Source: Basidiobolus meristosporus CBS 931.73 (taxonomy: Eukaryota; Fungi; Basidiobolomycota). From it: 64,000 nucleotides of DNA. The DNA is taken from NCBI GenBank assembly GCA_002104905.1, contig MCFE01000297.1:37212-101211 (forward strand), read 5' to 3'. The position numbers and the translations under genes are program-made. Below the pieces are notes generated by a model that had not been told where the DNA came from, ran no database searches, and saw only the letters and a program-made list of their open reading frames with translations. This document shows positions 40,530 to 51,964 of this stretch, one piece after another (within the stretch, counting starts at the first letter, position 1; each line of letters starts with the position of its first letter).

Positions 40530-41100
40530 AGACCTGCTCCTTTGGATAGTGCTCTATTGGGCCATAGTGTGCCAGAGAGGCATGGCAGTCCTTCACTTGG
40601 TCACAGATTGTGTAACATAATTTTACCTTGTCATGCTAAGTAGCCTCTGTGTTTCACCCACTGGGCTTGGTGAAATCCATATTGTGACCTTTATTGAGAT
40701 GACCATTGTGCATGATGTGCAGAAGCATAGAAAGACTGAGGTTATGGATCTGGTACTCAATACCATGGCACTATAAATCTTGCAGCCAGGGTCTGTAGCA
40801 TGTGACAAAAATGCATGACACTATCTTGGTCCACTAGTACTCTCTGGCACTTTGTTCAAGTATTAGCCATAAAGTAGCACCCATACAAGGAGCTGACAGT
40901 ACCGGAAAGCACTAGTGGACCAAGATAGTGCCATGCATTTTTGTGGCATGTTACAAACCTCTGCAGCTAGATACTGCATGTGATGGGTATTAGGTATTAA
41001 ATATTTGTTCTCAGTAATTCTTTGCTTTTACACATTGGGTACAAAATTGGTTGCAAAAAAGGTCAAACAATGTATTTCTCCAGCATAGAGGGTGAAACAA
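40530..41100. mobile_element. Degenerate, right-truncated foldback MITE
   Basis: AAT then AGACCTGCTCCTTTGGATAGTGC; central GACCAAGATAGTGCCATGCATTTTTG and its complement present. Confidence 0.8.
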
Positions 41101-41390
41101 TCTAAGTATCTTCAATTGCGGTAATTGATACCCAATGCTGTTTGAGCTTTTGTATCTGAATATGTTGCCACTCATTAGTTCATCTTGCCACCAACTAAAT
41201 GTGGAGTGTTGCTAATCCTTTGGTGTCTGTTGATGTGAGGTATTGTTGCATGTCAATTTTTTTGGACCAGTATACTGTGTGAGCCATGGATTAATAGTCT
41301 GTGAGACTGTGCAAAGAATTTTTATTTGTTTTGCCTACTCAATATTCTCAGTTTAACTTTATTTATCCGTTGGGCGCAATTGTCAGCACA

Positions 41391-41767
41391 CTAATTGTAT
41401 TGAACGTTTTGTTCTGTCTCTGCTACAGGGGTTGTGCATTGTACATCTTGGGTGGGCTGCATCAGAACGTAGGGAGAGAAAGAACTATCATCCTTTTGCT
41501 TGGCATATTCCAGTGCGTTGGCCCCACCCTCCAGCTTGAGACTGGGTCCTGCTTGATACTTGACATTGAAGCCTTTATTGCTGTTGGCATTAGCAATGCT
41601 GAGGGTATCGTGCTTTCTGGTCACCATGGTGAAAGCCTGGCGCAATAATGGGGATGGGACATTGGACGTCTTAACAATAGGCAAAACTCGAACGTTTTGG
41701 TAGCAATTGTTCGCATACTGTGCACATGGTAAGCTGCGATAATGCACCCTTCTATACTCGCGAGTGG
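41391..41767 (-). pseudogene. Family A copy lacking its signal peptide / 5' end
   Basis: Near-identical to 44254-44670, but homology ends at GCGAGTG and is replaced by a templated duplication. Confidence 0.85.
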
Positions 41768-41859
41768 ACATTGGACGTCTTAACAATAGGCAAAAATCGA
41801 ACGTATTTTTTCAATTTTGTTCCATTAGTAGAACTCACCATGATTTTCTGGAGCATACT

Positions 41860-42392
41860 GGCGCTAATCCTAGTATCTTTGAAGTGGTGATGAGCAGATC
41901 TCCTATACTTCTTGTACCCTCCTCTACTGCTGGCTGAGTGATGATAATTTGTGGCTGTTGCTGCTTGGGCTGGTATAGGGCTTGATCAATGACTTGCACT
42001 TGGTCGAACTGGTTTGAGTTGGACAAGGCATTGGCTTTACAGGAGAAATGGCCATTGATGTTGTCCAACAAGGCTTGGTATGGTTGAACATTGGAATGTC
42101 GAACCCTTGCAACCCAGAGAATCCTGGCTGCTCACCCGAATTCTCGCTTGTTTGCATTGACTCACTCATCTCTGAATCATCCCCCTACTCAGTTGACGGC
42201 TGGTATTCTTGACCGGGGGCCGAAGTATCCTGCCAACAAGCACCCTGTTGTTCGACGCATGGCTCATTGGTGTCGCCTACATCGGAGTCACCGAGTGGGG
42301 TAGCGGAGATTGCTTGCAACGAAGCAATGGCGGAAACTAGCAAGAGGAAGAAAAGCTGCACGACTGAATGATGGAGTCTGGTGGAGTCTCAT
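41860..42392 (-). pseudogene. Family B copy with a frameshifting 5' insertion, a premature TAG and a replaced 3' end
   Basis: Colinear with 45113-45658; GAG GAG changed to GAG TAG; additional indels. Confidence 0.85.
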
Positions 42393-44253
42393 GTGAATTT
42401 TGCCAATTTCCATCACCTTCTCGATCCCACTCAATTAGCTTTATGCAAGCTAAATTGATGTTTGCTAGTTCTTAAAAAATGATCCCGAACCTTATGCCTA
42501 GCTAGTGATTCTCCTTGGTGAGACAGTGCATACACGAAATAGTAATCAGCATTTAATGTCAACCAAGTGCTCTATAGTATAAAGCTAGAAGTAGACACTG
42601 AAGAAAGAGAAAGGCGACGTTGGGGATAGTGATGCTTAGAAGTTCTTGGCGCAACAGTCCAAGTCCTTGGTACATGTCTGATATTCGTAGCCACTGCAAA
42701 GTGACTTAAGCGTTAGTAAGATTGCAAGCTTACCGAGTGATACTTATATGCTACCTTTGAATATTGATGATGTAACACCACTCTGTGCTGCAAATCCAAT
42801 ACTAAACGAGATAGTCCCTACTCCACCATGCCACAAAGTTCCTTGTAAGTTACTGTTTCCGCACGGGAAGCTCCATGCCAACTTGCTCCTCTCCCGCAGC
42901 AATCTTTGATACAACCGCAAATATCATTGCCGCCTTTTTGCTTGGTAACCCCACAGACTAGGTCTAAGTTCTTCCAGCTTTCTTCTGTCTTCTAAAAGCG
43001 ATCCAGGGCGACCAAAAATACGTCAATCCCATTAGTTGCATCAAGAGCACGCTTTGCCACGCTTCCACTCTGTGTACCTAGGCTTTGAGAAAGCACCTGG
43101 ATCATCCTCACGATTTACTAAAATAATTTAAACAGTCTAGTTCATCCGCTATGAAGTAACACTTTTCTTGTGTTGAATTCATTACTAAGCCTTATCTCTT
43201 ACATTTGTGCATTGATCATCTCACGACTAAAAACCGTGTCTCGAACGACCATTATTCACTACTCAGTATCATTTAGATAATTGCTCCGTTTACAACCAGC
43301 TAATCTATTGGCCATTACATAGGAAAAGATCTATGCTCTTGGTCTTTGAGGCATTCATTGATTTTCAGTTGAATTTAGTCTGCCGAACCCGGGATTTTGT
43401 GTTTATTTATCATGTAGAAGGCCAATGATCGTAAATTTGATTGCCATTTCTTCATTAAGAAAAGACACTAATGGATAACGACAAAAACAATAGGTAAAGA
43501 TAATTTAAAATGCTTGCTTCGCGTGATGGCAGTACTTCAAGAATATTTGATTGGAAACTTTGTCGTAGTGTCCAAGTGTTGCGTACTTAAAGAGTAATGT
43601 CCTTTAGAGAGTACGAAAATGGATAACGTGTATGTTATCTTCGACGGGGTAGTGTAAGAATATCTCTTAAAAAGTTAGGGTGGTGACTTTGTAGAAATAT
43701 ATTCAAGCTAATATTCGTTTCTACTACGCTTTTCAGCTTATAACCAAAACTCCCCTTTTATTTGATTGTTTGTTTGGTATTTATACCTTATTGTGAGTCT
43801 GGTGATTTGTCTTTGATTTGCTTTTCCCTGGCTACTAAGTCGTCTTTGTATGCGTTGATGTCACTTAACATGAAGCGACTCCTTACTCTGTAACACAAGT
43901 ACAAGCTGGTGAGGTGGCGTTCAGGTTGCAGTCTCTTTGGAGGCTCATCACTTTTAGCAACCTTAAGAGGAGATATCACAATGCTAACAGTCACTGAGCA
44001 GTCTGACAATCTCTCTAATATCAACCTTTTCGGCGGAGGGCAGCATTACTAAAGACTGAGGGTGAGTATTTTAGTACGTAAGCGAATATCTAATATTAAT
44101 GCCCGCAGCTCTGATCATGATACAGGTGTGTGCAAGTAAAAAGCTAATCACAAGTAACAACAAGTATAAGAATGTCATTTGAATTTTATTGATTGAAAAT
44201 TTTCAGTTGTAGCGTGGTGATGACTACCTACATCTTCAGCTCATGTCATCGCA

Positions 44254-44751
44254 CTAATTGTATTGAACGTTTTGCTCTGGACAATCTTCTACGCATTGCA
44301 TCTCTGCCACAGGGGTTGCGTATTGTATATCTTGGGTGGGCTGCATCAGGACGTAGGGAGAGAAAGAACTATCTTCCAAGTGTTCCGCTCCCTTTTGCTT
44401 AGCATATTCTAATGCATTGGCCCCACCCTCCAGTTCGAGACTGGGCCCTGCTTGATACTTGACATTGAAGCCTTTGTTGCTGTTGGCGTTAGCAATGTTC
44501 AGGTTATCGTGCTTTCTGGTCACCGTGGTGAAAACCTGGCGCAATAACGGGGATTGGATATTCGTCGTCTTAACGACAGGCAAAACTCGAGCGTTTTGGT
44601 AGCAATCACTCGCATACTGTGCACATGGTAAGCTGCGATAATGCACCCTTCTATACTCGCGAGTGCATGGAGAAGAACAGCCGATTGGGGCAGCAGTGGC
44701 AACTTGAAGAGCGGCAAGGCCTAGAATCACTGCTATGGTAGTAGAGCGCAT
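44254..44751 (-). CDS. Secreted family A protein (165 aa), intact
   Basis: MRSTTIAVILGLAALQVATA|APIG signal peptide, TATA-like CTATATAG ~45 bp upstream, CpG retained, three paralogs in the window. Confidence 0.85.
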   Translation of the reverse strand: MRSTTIAVILGLAALQVATAAPIGCSSPCTREYRRVHYRSLPCAQYASDCYQNARVLPVVKTTNIQSPLLRQVFTTVTRKHDNLNIANANSNKGFNVKYQAGPSLELEGGANALEYAKQKGAEHLEDSSFSPYVLMQPTQDIQYATPVAEMQCVEDCPEQNVQYN

Positions 44752-45112
44752 GCTGAAGAATAGCTGAGAAATAAGTTAGTTGCATACGACGCTATATAGC
44801 ATGGGAGGCTATATAATAAGGTTAAACTGAGGGCATAAAGTGAGTATTATTAGATACATTTTGTTATGGACTTTATTGAGGAAACCTGTAACATATAAAA
44901 CACATGCGCTGGAATGACAGCCTCTGTATATATTATAAGGTTCTATCACCACAACCCATAATTCTCTTCAATACAAATTATGCCACTATTTACAACGATA
45001 AGAAACGCTATTTCTGCGTGTGCATATCAGCAAATTCTTGAATACTTGTACATCATCAGTATGCCTAGTAATATATTGCTCATTTTATTTCTTAAATTTG
45101 CTTTTACTGAAC

Positions 45113-45658
45113 TTAATGTCTGTTTCCACTGAAATATCTCACTTTGAAGTGACGACGAGCAGATCTCCTATACTTCTTGTACCCACCTCTAAGAGCACGC
45201 GCTGCTGGCTGAGTGATGATGATTTGTGACTGTTGCTGCTTGGGCTGGTAGAGGGTTTGGTCGATGACTTGCGCTTGGTCGAACTGGTTTGAGTTGGACA
45301 GGGCATTGGCTTTACTGGAGGAATGGCCATTGATGTTGTCCAACAAGGCTTGGGATGGTTGTAAATTTGAAATATCAAACCCTTGCAACCCAGAGAATCC
45401 TGTTTGCTCACCCGAAGTCTCGCTTGTCTGCATTGGCTCACTCATCTCCGAATCATCCCCCTCCTCAGTTGATGGCTGGTATTCTTGACCGGGGGCCGAA
45501 GTGTCCTGATAACAAGCACCCTGTTGTTCGACACATGGCTCATTGGTGTAGCCCACCTGGGATTCACCGAGTGGGGTAGCGGAAATTGCTTGCAACGAAG
45601 CGATGGCGGAAACTAGCAAGAGGAAGGAAAGCTGCATGACTGGCTGGTGGAGTCTCAT
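45113..45658 (-). CDS. Secreted family B protein (181 aa), intact; acidic/Gln-rich body and basic C-terminus
   Basis: Hydrophobic LSFLLLVSAIASLQAISA|TPLG signal (start may be the second Met), upstream GTATAAAG, three paralogs in the window. Confidence 0.85.
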   Translation of the reverse strand: MRLHQPVMQLSFLLLVSAIASLQAISATPLGESQVGYTNEPCVEQQGACYQDTSAPGQEYQPSTEEGDDSEMSEPMQTSETSGEQTGFSGLQGFDISNLQPSQALLDNINGHSSSKANALSNSNQFDQAQVIDQTLYQPKQQQSQIIITQPAARALRGGYKKYRRSARRHFKVRYFSGNRH

Positions 45659-47184
45659 GCGAATTTTGCCGATTTATATCACCTCGATCCCACTCAATTA
45701 GGCTTCGTTCATAGCACTAGCTTTATACGAGCTAGATTGATTTAACCTTTGCTACTTTACCTCTTCGTACCAAGGCTACACAGTATAGGTTGCACTTCAA
45801 AGTGTGAGGAATGAGGGCGATCTGGTCAATGATATCCTTAATATCGTTCAAAATTCTCTCAGTTTTTGCAATAACTATCCGTGTTAGTAAGGACTTCGGT
45901 AATTTTTTACTAATGAGCTTGAGGGTTACCGTCGAGAAAGTCCAAGGTCATTGCGGTCAATTTCAATGGGGTTTGGTACTCTTTTGTATCAGTGTAGTCC
46001 TGTGAGCTTAACATGCACTTTTGGTATCTTTATTCCATCTTTAAGGCAAGTGTCTCTTACAATAGTCCTGTCATTGCCTGGAAGGTATTGTCCTTTGGTA
46101 GTGCTGTTTTCTTGCTGTACACATGATTAAATATATTGCTGATCTGACCCTGCCGCAACTGGAGAGCAGCAACCACAGTCAAGCTTTGGGGCAGGCTTAT
46201 TAAATTAACCAGTTATTACAAGAACCTAGGGTTGTTGCTGATTGGTGAACGATACGACTGTCATGGGGTGTACAGCACAGTACAGGCGAGAATAAATTGA
46301 TTAGCTGTTCGCCAAGAGTTGGGAATATTGAGTGGATAGTGCTTGGGATAGTTGAGGCTGCCTTGGAATTTCTTGTTGTAGTCCACGCGTTTTCAATTAG
46401 TTATTTGTCAAGAAACAAGCCAAATGTAACTGTTCACTTAATTATGCTACTACAATCGATGGCTTGGATGGCGATGTTTTCTTGCTAGACACATACTCTT
46501 ATCAATTGCTAACTTCACCCTGCCACAGATGGAGTACAGCGTCGGATTAAGAGCTCAGCCACCGACTATCACGGTCATTCTTTTGGGCAGGTTTATTATA
46601 TAACCTGTTATTACAAGAACAGACTCATTGCTGATTGGTGCAAACCCTTGTCGCCAATGACCGGCATGGTGCGTAGAGACGGTGCCGGCAAGAAGGAATT
46701 ATTCGCGGTTGTGTTTAGCCAGTACGGTAAGACATCAGCCAGGGCCATAGAGACTTATGTATATTGATTCTAATGGCTTTGGGTTAACTTTCCGTTGGTG
46801 AATTTTGGCGATGGGCTATGGCCTCAGAATTGAAGTTAATTACGCTCCTTGCCTCGCTATTCAATAGAAAAGTATGTTGAGAAGGATAGTGATTCATATA
46901 TTTTCCGTGCAATTACTCATTGAATCATTGTCAGCAAACATGTTGTAAAACTTGTTTCTACAGGTCAAGTTGCAGATTTGGCCTCAACTGTAGTCATTCA
47001 TGATTTCTAGATCATTTCTCCAAGCTTGGCCTAAGACTCAGCACTTTAGGTGGGAAGCCGCTATACTTAGTAGAAAAGGGCACATGAAGCAGCCAACACT
47101 AAGCCACCACCTGGATAAGGTGATATAAAGCAGCAGGTGTGGGCTTGTCAGTCTCAAGACTTATTGCACTCCACTTCCTCAGCC

Positions 47185-47403
47185 ATGGTATCCGATCAAG
47201 AAGCCCGTTTGTATTCTGCCGATGTCAGAGAAGAAATTGCCAGAGCCAAGAGAGCTAACAACGGGAACTACGCTTCAGTCACAGTCAAAGGGATTCGCTG
47301 GACTTGGAGAGGACCCGGAACTGGCGAGCTGTCCTTCAAGCAGATCCTCGAAGGGAGAAAGGGGACCGCCTGCGTGGATAGCCAGACATGGGTAATCTCG
47401 TAG
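47185..47403 (+). CDS. Small hypothetical protein (72 aa, MVSDQEARLY...)
   Basis: GCCATGG Kozak context, GATATAAA ~60 bp upstream, AATAAA ~80 bp downstream, coding-like composition with CpG retained. Confidence 0.55.
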   Translation: MVSDQEARLYSADVREEIARAKRANNGNYASVTVKGIRWTWRGPGTGELSFKQILEGRKGTACVDSQTWVIS

Positions 47404-48473
47404 GGTTTGGTTGGTGCCTATGTAGCCGGTGGACTCTTGGAGATGTTACTGTTATGGATATTTAGCTGAAGCATTGTGAAGTAATAAACATTCCTTTGAC
47501 CCAGCTGTATTATGCTCATTGCACTGTGAGCATCTAACATATGTGTGAACTGCTACTTTGATTGTTTAAGTGTTTTGATCAGATACACGTGTACAACTGC
47601 CACGTACAGGCATCCGTTCCAGCAATCAGTATCGTGTCGCACGCTCCGCACTTCTGAAGACAATCCTTTTCTGTTGCGGTCAATATGATATGGCACCCCT
47701 GAGGTCTTTGCTTTTGCCTTAGTAGCGTTGGCTTCCTTTAGAAAAGGCTTTGTTTAATTTATGTTGCCAAACAATCTAGAACTCAGCGTATATCCTAAAT
47801 AACCTTGAGACCGTTAAGCTTCTATCAGCCGGACGCCACTTTGAATCTGCAACAGCTACTGCGCTGATATATGTAGGTGCTGAAGAAATCAACGTGTTTC
47901 TAAGCAGGAAAAATAGATTATTTAGAACTCTTATTTTGAGTACTCCTGCAGCCATATAGGTATTTTGCTAGATTTGTTTTACCCTGATATCACGCAAATA
48001 CTGTCTATTGGCAGTTTATGTATTTGGGAGCTTGCCTGTAGGTTAAGTGATCCTAATAGGGTGAATAGGGTGAATAGGGTGAATGGGGTGAATAACCTTT
48101 CACAAGATTTGGTAATATGCTACCATGAAATTCACACACAAGTATTACTGTTGGAAGCACTAGTCTAGGTTGATGATTTTGTAAACAGAATAGGAAGCAT
48201 CAAACAGAAGCACTAGGACTAATTAGTAATTATGATGGCATCCCAGGCCCTGATCTTATGGGAATAAATAGTCACATACATCTATTAGTGTATTTATACT
48301 TATTGTCCAGCATCCAGAGGTTTTTGACAGAGTAGCACTTTTATTTATACTGTTGTAAATGATGTGTACCATGTATGGTTAGAATACCCCAACATACACT
48401 GTTTACTTCTTTATCCAGCTACTCTGTATACTTGCATTATTTCTAGCATTCAACATTGAACGTAATAGATTTA

Positions 48474-48656
48474 TTAATCATCAGACACAGCATCTCTGGC
48501 CAGACTTGCATCCAGTATCCCAGAACACGGATCTCCAACGCACAAGGAGCCTCTTGAGTTCCCTTGGGCTTGGCACGAGAGAGCATCTACGGAGCCGGAA
48601 CTGGAGCTGGCCACAAGGAAGGCGACCATCAAGGAGACTGCAAATTTCTTCATCAT
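48474..48656 (-). pseudogene. Secreted six-cysteine defensin-like peptide with an apparent 1-bp frameshift
   Basis: Signal peptide, then C-x10-C-x4-C in the annotated frame; a shifted frame continues DTGCKSGQRCCV-stop (TGA at 48481-48483); TATA-like element upstream. Confidence 0.6.
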
Positions 48657-49539
48657 TGTTTTGATTGAGAGATTAGTGTGTGAATGATGTCTAGCAGCAA
48701 GGTTAGCTCAATATATAGGCGTCTTTTCCCCATTGTTGCACATACTTTTGTCAATAGTCGCTGTGGCTAGCTCTACAAATGGCTTTACAAGAGAAGAAGG
48801 TTACCTGGGTAATGTAAACCAGTTCCAGGAAATTATATGTATTGATGGCCAACATCAAAAGAGCAGTAACATAGAAATGGTATTTCTCGTATGGCATAGT
48901 GTCACCTCTTTATTCAAACATATAAATGATGCGGCAATAATATGCAAAATCAAAGGCAGCAATCCTTGAACTGGCCTGCTCATAACATTTTGTGCCACAC
49001 AGCTTTTGCCGTGCAATACACTCATCTACGAAGAATGTTCTAAATGCAGTACCACACGGCTGAAAGTAAGCCTTCCCTGTTAGTTTCAAGTGTAGAACTA
49101 CTTTGCCGATAGTTCATTAGATAATTTATTAGGTAGATGCAACATCTTTGGTGTCCCGGAATACCAACCTTTGACCAACACCTGAAAGGCGCAAGTAGAG
49201 AGTGTCAGCACAGCTGGCCTCAATAATGGCAGGTAAGGAGAGTTGTAACATGTAAAGTAAACAAGTACTCTTGAAGCATGTGCAATATAGGTCATTACGT
49301 ACACTGCTAGTTATCCTTCCAAATCAATCTTATAACAGTAATGGTCATACACAAACTAATAGTTGGTTGATTATAGTATCTATCATCTCGAAGTGTTGAC
49401 CAAGTAATCTTCCGAGTATTCACTTAGAACTTGGATGTGTAAGCGGACATTTAGTTCTGGTAATGGTGGCATTCCCTCTAATGAACAGTCACACCGAATA
49501 CTAGTATCTCATTTGTGAATTTTATTGATTCCATTTGCT

Positions 49540-49970
49540 GCCATCATTGTCAGCCCATGGAGTTAGCCGCATTGTCAGCATGGTTTGTTCTGTCTCGGCT
49601 TTGGGTATTTTACTTCCTGCATCAAATATAGAGATACGAAGTACTATCTACCGAGTATTCCACCCCATACTTCTCGGCTCCACCCTCCACTTCGAGACTG
49701 GGGCCTGCTTGATACCTGACGTTGAAGCCCTTACTGCAGTTGACATTATGGTCGCTATCCATTCCAACATCTATTCAATGATAATTACTCGGGCTACCTG
49801 CAAGTAGTTGGTGCAGATGGTCCACTAATCATTTTGCATTCTAAGACTGTGAATTCCATATTGTTGAGTAATGCCAATATCTTTTGCTACACACTTTGAC
49901 GCTCTTACAATGAGCTCAATCATTGATAGCTACCACTGCCTGAATAGTAGACAATGAGTTCAGCTGGAAT
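49540..49970 (-). pseudogene. Diverged family A pseudogene
   Basis: Retains SKGFNVRYQAGPSLEVEGGA; surrounded by stops. Confidence 0.75.
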
Positions 49971-50214
49971 AGCAAGCAATAAGGTATATTATCTTTGTAG
50001 AAGATAGGTCTCCAAGCCCTTTGAGATAACAAGGAAACCTTGGGTATAAAACAGAGTGTTAATCTCGTTGTGCTTATACTCTACAGTTACCTGAATTCAA
50101 TGGTTTCACCATTAGCAGGCTCCATGGCCACCACCCTTACTTTATAGATTACAATAAATGGCTCCACTGAATATCTCCATCAATAATAATAGTGAACATG
50201 TTACTGGCTATAGG

Positions 50215-50400
50215 TCACTTTATTTACTGTCTGTTTCCATTGAAATATCTAATCTTAAAGGCTCCCTCATACTTTTTATGCCCTCCTCTAAGCGCGCGAG
50301 CTGCTGGCGGAGTGATGATGATTTGGAGCTGTTGTTGCTTCGGCTGGTAGAGGATTTGGTCGATAACTTGCACTTGGTGTCAGCATCTGTTCCGGCAATC
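50215..50400 (-). pseudogene. Family B 3' remnant
   Basis: Translates QVQVIDQILYQPKQQQLQIIITPPAARALRGGHKKY..IRYFNGNRQ. Confidence 0.8.
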
Positions 50401-51964
50401 AGCAGTATTGGGCGTGGAGAGATCAATGGTCGGCCCATCAGGTTCTGACTATATACGGATATATGGGCATTTCCATTACCGAAATGCGGGGATGAAATGA
50501 TATTCGTGATCGGAATTTTATCAAGCGACTTATCAAGCGACATTGCTAATGGATGCATCTGAAATGGGTATATAATATGAGCATCATAACAAAAGTTGGA
50601 TTTTAGAAAACATTGAAATAAACACTGACTACCATAATTGGTTTGTGGACACCGTAGTGACTAGTACCTTCTTTCTGGTAGTAGTTTTATGATTGGCACT
50701 GTGGTATCGTTTTAGCGATAGATTTAATGGTGAATTCCAGGCACTAGAATCACATATATGTAAAATGGCCTGATCCTTGGTTGCCCCAGGTACTACTATC
50801 CTCATTGAAGGGCTTCTCCACACCTCCAACCGCAAATAATTAACTGTTCTTCGGGATTGTCGCTTTTTAGGATAAGCCCTAAGGTGTATATTTACTTATC
50901 TCTAGATTTTGCTTACATGTGATGGTTTCGTTCCTATCCACAAGATACTCTACAGGAACGTAGATGGCATGGCCCTTCTCAACCAACATGTTCAGTGCAT
51001 CTCTGACTGCAGTTTCCGTTGCTTTTTATATGCCTCCTATTCATACAACTGATTCTGTTTGACATTTTTGAGTTCGCTTCGTCTAAACACAACCCAATCA
51101 TTAACGAATATTTAAACCATGTACATGACTGGATATGTTTCAAGTACTGGCCAAGCAGCGAACTCACAGGTATTTTGTCGTTTGCCTATTAAATATTTAT
51201 TAACTTGGCGACCATTCCCACTGGTTTTATCTCCGTACCCGGAATAGAAATGCTGGTATTACATTAATGCAAGTGCAGTGACTTCGGCAAGTTACACACT
51301 CAATATTGTGAAAGTGGTGCAATCCGGACACGGCAATCAGATTCAGTATTAGGCTGAACGATATGGCATTTTACTCGGTTGAGAAATCTTTAGTGATCCC
51401 ATACTTCTTTGGAATTTGATCTAGATGATATTGACTGCCCCGAATCTAGATAGTTGCTCCGTTCATTCACAGCCAATTCTTCCATTCACACAAATCTACG
51501 GTTGTACTGCATCAGCTGGCCTGTTTTAAGCATCACTCGACAAACCTGATTAGATTGCTGGGCCAGGCGGTCACACTTGGTAAGGACACGCTATCTATAT
51601 ATGTAATATCTGATCTAGATCATCGGAAATATTTTCTTTAATAATTTAATATCCCATCTTTCTTATGTTACACGCACTCGTCTTCATTTTGATTGGTTGA
51701 ATTTGAGCTCACACCATGGCTAGCCGGGATATCAAAGATTAATGCGTAAAACCCTGGGAAAGTGGCTATTCAATAATGATCATGACAAATGTCGCCATAT
51801 GTTTGAAAAATCCATCAACTGTTAACAATAGCGGCTATATGTCAGCTTTACAAGTGGAGATACCAAAGCAATGAATACAGTAGAGATCGTGTTCAGTTTG
51901 TGTTCAGTTCACACTTCCCAGATGCTGAAAGTTTATTATTATTATTATTGTCCTCCTCGCTTAG

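Noticed and set aside
48055-48093. Interstitial telomere relic (AATAGGGTG)x4
   Set aside because: The 9-bp unit is not TTAGGG; treated as an ordinary minisatellite.
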